A stretch of 64,000 bases of DNA from Anaeramoeba ignava BMAN. Taxonomy: Eukaryota; Protista; Anaeramoebae. Below the pieces are notes generated by a model. The model searched no databases. It saw only the letters and a list, made by a program, of their open reading frames with translations, and was not told the DNA's origin. Shown here one piece after another: positions 14,860 to 26,196 of the stretch. The translations under genes and the position numbers were made by a program. Numbering within the stretch: the first letter of the stretch is position 1; each line of letters starts with the position of its first letter. Where the stretch lies: contig JAPDFW010000114.1 in the NCBI GenBank assembly GCA_028826165.1, positions 806,001 to 870,000 of the forward strand. The letters are read 5' to 3'.

Positions 14860-15130
14860 TTTTTTTTTATTCTTTTCTCTTTTCTTTTTTCTTTTTACTT
14901 TTTACTTTTTACTTTCTTTTTTTTGATCGAAAAATTTTTGATTTTTCATTTTTTTCTTTTTACTTTTTTTTCTTTCTTCTTAATTAATTTTCTTTAAAAA
15001 AAAACAACAACTCCATTTATCAAAAAACAAAAATTAATTATTCAAATTTTTAATTATTCAATTTATTATTCAAATCTTTTTTTTCTCAAATTAAAATAAA
15101 AAAAAATATTTTTTTTTGTTTGGTTAATTA

Positions 15131-18100
15131 ATGAATAAGAATAAACAATTAGTTTTACAAAATTTAACTTATAATAATTTAAAAGAACATTTAATAAAAG
15201 AATCATTATCAAAAACAGAAACAGAATCAGAAATAGAACCAGATTCAGACTCAGAATTATCATTAACATCTGAATCAGAATCAGAATCAGAATCTGAATC
15301 TGAATCTGAATCAATTAAAAAAAAAATAAACAAATTACAAAGTGAAAAAACTATTGATATTCAATCAATTATGCAAACTGAAAAATTTTTAATATTTGGG
15401 TTGGAAGTTGGAAAGAATTTTTATATTTCATTTTGGAGATTTATTTGGTAAAAAAAAAACTATTTAAAATTTCTTTATTGAGTTTTTTTATTCATTATTT
15501 TGGTTGGATTTATCAGGTTTTTAGTTGTTGGTTGTTTTGGTGCTTCTTTTGAATTTTGGATTCCTGATTGGTATGTGGATATTATTAATATGAGTAATGT
15601 TTTGAAAAATGCACTTGGTTCTTTTATTATTTCTGCAACAGCATCAATTGCTCAAATTAAATTTCAATATACCCAAACTTATTTAATGTAAATTTACAAC
15701 CAAATTCATCTATTAAATATATAATTAAATTTATAATTAAATTTATAATTAAATTTATAATTAAATTTATAATTATATTTATAATTAAATTTATAATTAA
15801 ATTTATAATTAAATTTATAATTAAATTTATAATTAAATTTATAATTATATTTATAATTAAATTTATAATTAAATTTATAATTATATTTATAATTAAATTT
15901 ATAATTAAATTTATAATTAAATTTATAATTAAATTTATAATTAAATTTATAATTAAATTTATAATTATATTTATAATTAAATTTATAATTAAATTTATAA
16001 TTAAATTTTATAATTAAATTAATAATTAAATTTATAATTAAATATATAATTAAATTTATAATTAAATATATAATTAAATTTATAATTAAATATATAATTA
16101 AATATATAATTAAATTTATAATTAAATATATAATTAAATTTATAATTAAATTTATAATTAAATTTATAATTAAATTTATAATAAAATTTATAATAAAATT
16201 TATAATAAAATTTATAATTAAATTTATAATTAAATTTATAATTAAATTTATAATTAAATTTATAATTAAATTTATAATAAAATTTATAATTAAATTTATA
16301 ATTAAATTTATAATTAAATATATAATTAAATTTATAATTAAATATATAATTAAATTAATAATTATATTTATAATTATATTTATAATTAAATTTATAATAA
16401 AATTTGTAATTAAATTTATAATAAAATTTATAATTAAATTTATAATTAAATTTATAATAAAATTTATAATAAAATTTATAATAAAATATATAATAAAATT
16501 TATAATTAAATTTATAATTATATTTATAATTATATTTGTAATGAAATTTATAATTATATTTGTAATGATATGTTAATCTTTTGATAACGAGTGAATAACA
16601 TTTTTATTTTTTTTGAAAATTTTTTTAAATTTTTTTTTTTTCGAGCTGTAAGCGAGAAAAAAAAATTAAGTTTTTTTCCGGCGAAGTCGGGAAAAAACCA
16701 TTTTAAAAAAAGGAAAAAAAAAAATAAAAAATGGAATTCGGAGTTGAAAAGGTTAACTTTTTTGTCCTTCTGCAAAAAAAAATTTGAAAAAAAGAATTGA
16801 AAAAAAGAATTGAAAAAAAGAATTGAAAAAAAGAATTGAAAAAAGAATTGAAAAAAAGAATTGAAAAAAGAATTGAAAAAGAAAAATCGAAAATTGGAAC
16901 CAGAAGAAATCAAAATGATCCATATGTCATTCATTTTCGATTTGGGCAACCCTTCTTATTGTGCCCGATTTCTCCGCATCTGGAGCATCTGTAAACTCTT
17001 CTTTTCAAGGGTTGAATTTGATCAATCATCTCATTCTCTTCTTCGACGTGATCGGGTTCAGTTTCATCAATAATCAGATTTTCAGAATCTTGCTGGTTAT
17101 TCTCCTTTTCTTCAATGGAATTATCGATTGTCTCTTGCACCAACTTCTGTTTCATGAATGAATCAGTCACTTCTTCCTTTATGGATAAACTTGAAAATAA
17201 TTTATCCAAATCATGGTTCTGGAAATTGAAAACCCGATCAATATGACAATTAGAAAATTGGAAAATAAACCCATCTTGTGCCGTTTTCAACCTATTGATT
17301 TGGGATTCAACCATGTCTGCCTCTTTTGGTTTTTGGTTTGTATTGGTCGAATTCTCGAACAAATTTTTCCTGAATTCAGTGCTTTCTTCCCGATAAACTT
17401 GCACACTTTTGGAACTTTTATGCCCAGTAATCTGCATTATTTGTTCATCTTTCATATTCAGATCTGATAAGCGAGTGATACAGGTTGCACGCAATGAATG
17501 AAGTGTGATATGCTTATTAATATTCGCCTTAATACAAAACTCTTTAAGGAGAGAGGTCATTTTTCCATATCCCATTGGACCATTAATGAATTCAGACTGA
17601 GCACGCACTTTATGGTTGATTCCTAAAAAGAATCTTGAGCAAGTGAATTCTTTTCTCCGTTTCAAGTATTGATCTATATCCTCGATCGCTTCGCGATCGA
17701 GGATATATGTTTTAAAAGCTTTTTGATCTCTTCGTATGCCTCTTTGGAGTGTTTTTCGCTTATAGAGAATGAGTTCATAAAAGAATTTTCCTTTATCTTC
17801 CTTCTTACAAAACTGGTTCATCAATAAAGTGTGATATTCTCCTCCTCTCAATCCACAAAACTTTCCTATCTGTAAGATACAAGCCATGAGGATACCTTGT
17901 GGGGTTGAACGATCACAAGCTGATAATAACTTGATTATCTCTTCTTCCGTTAAGGATTCTGTGTGCTTTACTTCAGATTTCCCATTTTGATCCAGATCTT
18001 TCATAACATGATCAAGCACTTTTTGAAACTGAAGAAAGTTTTTGTCGTGTAGTATATCCGGTGGACTTGGTTGGGTTGATTGTTGAAGGATCCATCTTCT

Positions 18101-20712
18101 CCATCCGCAGGTAATATAGTAGATGGTCGAGCTGGTATAACTTTTTTCTTTCTCGGATTTGAGTTGCGGTAACAGATTGCATAAATGAAAATTGAGTTCC
18201 TTTGTGTCTAACTCCCAAATATTTTCAGTAATTCCCATTTCTCTTGCATACTTGATCCAAATATTTTTGGCGAATTGTGTGGCCTTTCTTGTTGATTTCG
18301 GGGTTGAGGATTGAGCTAGTAAATCAATTTCTTCTGGTGTTGAAAGTGAATATCTTTGTTCCATAAAGAAAAAAATAAAGAGATCAAACTGTTTTTTTTT
18401 TCTTATAGATTTAAAATCGGACTTTTAGACAATTGGACAAATTATTTTAAAAAAAAATGTCCGATAAAAAAAGATTTTAAAAAATTATCCTTCGGAGAGG
18501 AATAATTTTGTTATTTCTTTGGAAAATATTTTTATTGATTTTTGATTGATGAATAATTAGAAGTTATTTCTTTGAAAATTATTTTTTTGCAAGGGGACAA
18601 TTATATTTATAATAAAATTTATAATAAAATTTATAATTATATTTATAATTAAATTTATAATTAAATTTATAATTAAATTTATAATCAATTATGAATTAAA
18701 TTTATAATTAATTTTATAATTAAATTTATAATTAAATTTATAATTAAATTTATAATTATATTTATAATTAAATTTATAATTAAATTTATAATTAAATTTA
18801 TAATTAAATTTATAATTATATTTATAATTAAATTTATAATTATATTTATAATTAAATTTATAATAAAATTTATAATTATATTTATAATTAAATTTATAAT
18901 TAAATTTATAATTAAATTTATAATCAATTATAATTAAATTTATAATTAAATTTATAATCAATTATAATTAAATTTATAATTAAATTTATAATTAAATTTA
19001 TAATGAAATTTATAATTAAATTTATAATTAAATTTATAGTTAAATTTATAATTAAATTTATAGTTAAATTTATAATTAAATTTATAGTTAAATTTATAAT
19101 TAAATTTATAATTAAATTTATAGTTAAATTTATAATTAAATTTATAATTAAATTTATAATTAAATTTATAATTATATTTATAAATAAATTCATCTATTAA
19201 ATATATAATTAAATTTATAATAAAATTTGTAATTAAATTTATAATAATATTGAATTATTTAAAAGGTATGATGCTATTACGGGTGCATTTTGTAGTGTTA
19301 TTACTACATTTGGTAATATTATAGAAGATACAGAAAAAATGATGTATTTCGAACGTTGGTATCTCAGTCCAATATTCTTATTTGGAAATTTAATTTTAAG
19401 TATACTCTTTAATTGGCTTGGAAGAGTTTTTGCAAACAGAATAAAAAAAGGAGTTAAATATTCCAACACTTTGATTCATTTAGATCAAGAAGATCAAAGA
19501 ATGATTTATGAACTTGATAAAAATTTATTTCGAGATCAACAAAAAAAAGCAGCGAAACAAGATAATTTCAATTTAAATACAGTTGATAATTTTGATTTTT
19601 CATCACAAGAATTTGTTTTATCAACAGAAGAAGAGCAAGAAATAAATCAAAATATGAATGAAAATATGAATGAAAATATTAATGAAAATATAAATCAAAA
19701 TATGAATGAAAATATTAATCAAAATATTAATGAAAATATTAATCAAAATATTAATGAAAATATTAATGAAAATATTAATGAAAATATTAATCAAAATATT
19801 AATGAAAATATTAATGAAAATATTAATCAAAATATTAATGAAAATATTAATGAAAATATTAATCAAAATATTAATGAAAATATTAATGAAAATATTAATG
19901 AAAATATTAATGAAAATCTTAATGAAAATGATTTTGATATTCAAGATGATAATCCAAATACAAATTCAAACCAAAATTTCAGTTTAATCAAAAAATCCGA
20001 AATTGAACTAAAATCAACATCAAATCAAAAAAATTGGAAAAACAAATCAATAAGATTTATTGAAGAAGATTCAACAAAAAAAAATCTTCCAATATATATC
20101 AAAAGTTTAGCAGGAAAAACATCACTAAGAGAACTTTCAAGTTATATCGACACACAATTCACGAAAAGAAGAAGACACAGTTCAGTTTATTTAACAGAAA
20201 GACACAAAATAATTTTAGCGATGATGATTTTTTTCACAATAATCACATTTATTTGCGCAAATTTCCCACTTTATTATCCAAATCCCGAAATCAAGACACC
20301 AGATTTACTGTTTTATTTTTGCATAATAACTCATATTTGTAATGTAACTGGAGCATTTGCAGGAAGTTTACTTTCCAAATCGCAAAACAAAAAATACGCG
20401 GTTCAATGGGGAACATTTCGGGCAAATATGGTTTCTTGCATTTTAATTGCAACTGCACATAATATTTATATGTTCCGTTTCTATTTTTCAAGCTCTCAAA
20501 AATTTGTCTTATTTTTGGAGTCTTTTATTTCCGATTTTTGTGGATCGGAATCTTCTTGGGCTGGATTAATTGATGAAACAGTCAATCTTTATGTTGCTGA
20601 TATTTCAAAAAAATTTTGTGCTAGGAATTTACTTTATAATTTGTTTGTTTGCTTCATTTTTTATTTAATTCTCATTTATTTTGTTAGAATGATGGTTTTT
20701 TTTACTTGGTAA
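15131..20712 (+). CDS. FEX/Fluc (CrcB)-like two-domain membrane protein, putative fluoride exporter; exons 15131-15447, 15517-15687, 19266-20712
   Basis: Exons splice in frame (tg|g = W; at|g = M). Domain 1 has GCFGAS, NALGSFII and TGAFCSVITTFGN. Domain 2 has WGTFRANMVSCILI and DFCGSESSW. These resemble Fluc motifs GT..vN..Gs and GFCG.LTTFS. An (NENI/NQNI)n linker lies between the domains. Confidence 0.65.
15715..16571. repeat. 12-bp satellite (ataattaaattt)n, left flank of the YR element, in FEX-like intron 2
   Basis: Directly visible array. Confidence 0.95.
16572..16785 (+). other. Structured non-coding end of the element: Y-shaped fold plus ICR-like segment at 16743-16785
   Basis: Manual pairing: 16572-16582 with 16747-16757; 16592-16614 with 16717-16740; hairpins 16633-16665 and 16670-16698; 16762-16780 with the opposite terminus 18582-18600. 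Confidence 0.75.
16786..16880. repeat. (aaaaaagaattg)n tandem repeat downstream of the recombinase ORF
   Basis: About 7 copies visible. Confidence 0.85.
16931..18364 (-). CDS. Tyrosine recombinase (Crypton/DUF3504-like) with C-terminal CCHC zinc knuckle, 477 aa
   Basis: Catalytic set intact: R (FCGLRGGE), K (KRKT), HxxR (TLHSLRAT), H (ITGHKS), Y (VQVYRE). The C-terminal CSRCGEIGHNKKGC fits CX2CX4HX4C. Confidence 0.92.
   Translation of the reverse strand: MEQRYSLSTPEEIDLLAQSSTPKSTRKATQFAKNIWIKYAREMGITENIWELDTKELNFHLCNLLPQLKSEKEKSYTSSTIYYITCGWRRWILQQSTQPSPPDILHDKNFLQFQKVLDHVMKDLDQNGKSEVKHTESLTEEEIIKLLSACDRSTPQGILMACILQIGKFCGLRGGEYHTLLMNQFCKKEDKGKFFYELILYKRKTLQRGIRRDQKAFKTYILDREAIEDIDQYLKRRKEFTCSRFFLGINHKVRAQSEFINGPMGYGKMTSLLKEFCIKANINKHITLHSLRATCITRLSDLNMKDEQIMQITGHKSSKSVQVYREESTEFRKNLFENSTNTNQKPKEADMVESQINRLKTAQDGFIFQFSNCHIDRVFNFQNHDLDKLFSSLSIKEEVTDSFMKQKLVQETIDNSIEEKENNQQDSENLIIDETEPDHVEEENEMIDQIQPLKRRVYRCSRCGEIGHNKKGCPNRK
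18599..19240. repeat. 12-bp satellite (ataattaaattt)n, right flank of the YR element
   Basis: Directly visible array. Confidence 0.95.
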
Positions 20713-20890
20713 TTAATCTCGTTGAAACATTTTTATTTCCTTTTTTTTTATTTCATTCATATTTTCTTTTAGAGATTTTCTATTCATTTTTGAATATTTC
20801 TTCTTCTTTTCTTTTTGATAAAATAATTTTTAAATTTGGAAAAAATTTTTTCATTTTTTCATTTTTTCATTTATTTTTAATTTATTTTTA

Positions 20891-22870
20891 ATGGAAGAAA
20901 AAGAAAAAAAAGATTTTTCAACTATTTATGAAATTGTAAATAATTTAATTTCTTTTATTTTCTTTTAATTTACTTTTAAAAAAAATATAATAAGAAAAAG
21001 AGAATAAATGATTCAAATTTTCGAGATTATAAATCAAAAATAAAATCAAATGAATTTTCATTTATTATTGAACAAATTTTTCCTTTTAAAGGTGGTGAAA
21101 AAGAAGAAACAAATTTTTCTGAAATGTTGAAAAAAAACAAAAACACAATTCATCCAAATCTTTTGAAAATTTATGGATATTATAAAGATGATTATTATTT
21201 TGTAAAAACAAAATCAAATTGGAAAATTTAGAAAAAGGATTTATTTTATTTTTTAAAATGAAAATTTGGAAAAATTGGAAAATAAATTTATTAGATTTTC
21301 AAAGAAATAACTAAATGTTCTTTATATGATTTAATTGAAGTGAATTTTCATTTTTCAGAATATCATATTGCAGCTATTTGTTATTCTATATTAAATGTTT
21401 TAGATTTCCTTCATGGAAAAAATTTTATTCATTTTGATATAAAATCAGTGAATATTTTAATAACTAAAGAAGGGAAAATTAAACTTGGTAATTTTGAAAA
21501 ATGAATAATTTAACAAATAATTTAACAAATAATCAATATTTAAATGTATTATAGGTGGTTTTTATGAAGAAAAAAAGGAAAATCAACCCTTATTTGGAAG
21601 CGTAAATTTAAAAATCAAAATTAAATTCAAAATCAAAATCAAAATCAAAATTAAATTCAAATTCAAAATTCAAATTCAAAATCAAAATCAAAATCAAATT
21701 AAATTCAAAATCAAAATCAAAATCAAAATCAAAATCAAAATCAAAATCAAAATCAAAATCAAAATCAAATTAAATTCAAAATCAAAATCAAAATCAAAAT
21801 CAAAATCAATATCAAAATCAAATTAAATTCAAAATCAAAATCAAAATTAAATTCAAAATCAAATTCAAAATTCAAATTCAAAATCAAAATCAAAATCAAA
21901 ATCAAAATCAAAATCAAATTCAAAATCAAAATTAAATTCAAAATCCAAATTCAAAATTCAAATTCAAATTCAAATTAAATTCAAATTCAAATTCAAATTC
22001 AAATTCAAATTCAAATTCAAATTCAAATTCAAATTCAAATTCAAATTCAAATTCAAATTCAAATTCAAATTCAAATTCAAAATCAAATTCAAAATCAAAT
22101 TCAAAATAGCCTTATTGGATTTCACCTGAAGCAATAAAAGGGGAAGAAAAAAATGAAAAACAAGATATTTGGGCACTTGGAATAACTATTTTTGAATTAC
22201 TTGAAGGAAAACCACCTTTATCTGGTATTAATCCAATGAGAGCATTATTTACGATTGCAGAATATGATAAACCACCTTCTTTAAAAAAACCAGAATTATA
22301 TTCTCCTTTATTAATAGATTTTTTAAATAAATGTTTAAATATTGATTATAAATCTCGACCAAATGCAAAACAATTATTACAAGTAAATTCAAATTAATAA
22401 ATTTGAATCAAAATTAAAATTAAAATCAAAATTAAAATCAAAATCAAATTCAAAATTAAAAATCAAAATCAAAATCAAAATCAAAATCAAAATCAAAATC
22501 AAAATCAAAATCAAATTCAAAATCAAAATCAAAATCAAATTCAAATTCAAAAAAGCATCCATTTATCAATGATTTAGGAAAGAAATATTATAATTCTGAT
22601 ATTTTTTCAGAAATTTTAATTGAATGTAAAATAATTTTTTGAATTTCTTTTTCCAAAAATTTAAAATTAAAAAATTTAAAAATTTAAAATTTAAAAGATT
22701 CAGAATTAAAAAAATTGAAACCAAAATCATCTTCATATTCATATTCATATTCAGATTCAATTTCAAAATCAATATCAAAATCAAAATCAAAATCAATATC
22801 AAAATCAAATTCAGATTCAGATTTAGATACAGATTCAGATACAGATACATTTATTCAAAAAGATGATTAA
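20891..22870 (+). CDS. STE20-like pseudokinase, copy 1 (multi-exon)
   Basis: [78 protein letters not shown]. It lacks GxGxxG, the VAIK lysine and the DFG aspartate. Confidence 0.8.
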
Positions 22871-23256
22871 ATTTCCAAATTTTTTATTTTATTTAAATTT
22901 AAATTAAATCTAAATTAAAAAAGGGAATGAAAATGAAGATCTGAAATTCAAAATTCAAATTTAAAAATTAAAATCAAATTTAAATTCAAAATCAAATTCA
23001 AAATCAAATTCAAAATTAAAATTAAAATCAAAATCAAAATCAAAATCAAAATCAAAATCAAAATCAAAATCAAAATCAAAATCAAAATCAAAATCAAAAT
23101 CAAAATCAAAATTAAAAATCAAAATTTAAAATTAAATTAAATTAAATTAAAATCCAAATTTAAATTAAAATAAAAATTTTTGAAACAAGAAAAAAAATTG
23201 AGAAAAAAAATTTTTCATTTTTCAAAAAAACAACAAAAAACAAAAAGCAAAATTCA

Positions 23257-23871
23257 ATGAGTAAACTATTAAAAGTAGTAGCATTTAACGGAAGTCCAAG
23301 AGCAAACGGAAACACAGCATATTGTTTAAAAAGAATGCTTGACATAATTTCTGACAAAGGAATCAAAACCGAACTAGTTCAAATCGGAAACAAAAAAATA
23401 GAAGGATGTTCAGCATGTCGACAATGCAAAGACAACAAGTATTGCATCAAGAAAAAAGACATTGTGAATGAGTCGATTGATAAAATGAGAGAAAGTGATG
23501 GAATTATTTTAGGATCACCAGTGTATTTTGCCGGAATGTCAGGAAATATGAAGAACTTTGTGGATCGTGTTGGATATTGTTTCAGAAACAATTGTGATAA
23601 GGATCGCCACAATGATTTGTATAGAAAAGTTGGCTGTGGAATCAGTGTTAATGCAACTGGTGGTGCTGCTAATACTTATTCTCAAATGAACTATTTTTTT
23701 GGAATCAATGAAATGATTATCCCTTCAAGTGTTTATTGGAATTTAGTTGCTGCTTATGAACCAAAAACTGCTGAAAAAGATAAGAATGCTATGTTTACTA
23801 TCGATAGATTGGCTGAGAATATGGTTTGGGTTATGGAGGCTGTTAGAGATAAAAAGGAGAAAACCAATTAA
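23257..23871 (+). CDS. Iron-sulfur flavoprotein (Isf) / NADPH-dependent FMN reductase family
   Basis: NGSPRANGNT FMN-binding loop, CSACRQCKDNKYC Cys cluster, GSPVYF, MKNFVDR. Intronless. Confidence 0.9.
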   Translation: MSKLLKVVAFNGSPRANGNTAYCLKRMLDIISDKGIKTELVQIGNKKIEGCSACRQCKDNKYCIKKKDIVNESIDKMRESDGIILGSPVYFAGMSGNMKNFVDRVGYCFRNNCDKDRHNDLYRKVGCGISVNATGGAANTYSQMNYFFGINEMIIPSSVYWNLVAAYEPKTAEKDKNAMFTIDRLAENMVWVMEAVRDKKEKTN

Positions 23872-24297
23872 ATTCTAAATCAAATTCAAAATCAAAATTA
23901 AAATCAAAATCAAAATCAAAATCAAATTCAAATTCAAATCCAAAATCAAAATCAAAATTAAATTTAAAATAAAATTCAAAATCAAATTCAAATTCAAAAT
24001 CAAAATCAAATTCAAAATCAAAATCAAATTCAAATTAAATTCAAATTCAAATTCAAATTCAAAATCAAAATCAAAATCAAAATCAAAATCAAAATCAAAA
24101 TCAAAATTCAAATTCAAAATCAAAATCAAAATTAAAATTCAAATTCAAATTCAAAATAAAAATCAAAATCAAATTCAAATTCAAAATCAAAATCAAAATC
24201 AAAATAAAATTCAAAATTCATTTTTTCATTTTTTCATTTTTTCATTTTTTCATTTTTCTCAATTTTTTCTCAATTTAATTTATTTGAATTTATTTTA

Positions 24298-26071
<1,774 letters not shown>

Positions 26072-26196
26072 ATTTCCAAATTTTTTATTTTTTCATTTTT
26101 TCATTTTTTCATTTTTTCATTTTTCATTTTTCATTTTTTCATTTTTTCATTTTTCATTTCTTTCATTTCTTTTCCAAAAAACAAAATTTAAATTAA

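Larger units (their letters stand above)
16564..18606 (-). mobile_element. Crypton-like tyrosine-recombinase element (~2.04 kb) with short terminal direct repeats AAT[G/T]ATAT and an internal region complementary to both ends
   Basis: Unique, visibly GC-richer, intronless sequence interrupts the satellite abruptly. Terminal repeats are aatgatat (16564-16571) and aattatat (18599-18606), sharing an exact ATAT core. Removing the element restores the 12-bp period (gtaatgatattt ataataaaattt). It has a single YR ORF and no RT or TIR. Confidence 0.85.

Noticed and set aside
16762-18600. Treating 16762-16780 / 18582-18600 as ordinary terminal inverted repeats of a cut-and-paste transposon
   Set aside because: Element-specific sequence extends a further ~190 bp to 16572, there is no DDE transposase, and the adjacent internal segment also pairs with the other end. 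This fits an ICR-like arrangement rather than TIRs.
16564-18606. Bacterial or phage integrase contamination, or a complete DIRS retrotransposon
   Set aside because: The element is embedded in-phase in a host intron satellite, and its motifs are of the eukaryotic Crypton/DUF3504 type. No gag, RT or RNase H ORF is present.
18685-19200. ORFs such as (IINL)n, (YKFN)n and (KFII)n, and similar ones at 21970-22176, 23875-24129, 25008-25799, 27015-27580 and 52904-53603
   Set aside because: These are translations of stop-free simple repeats in introns or intergenic DNA, with no independent coding signal.
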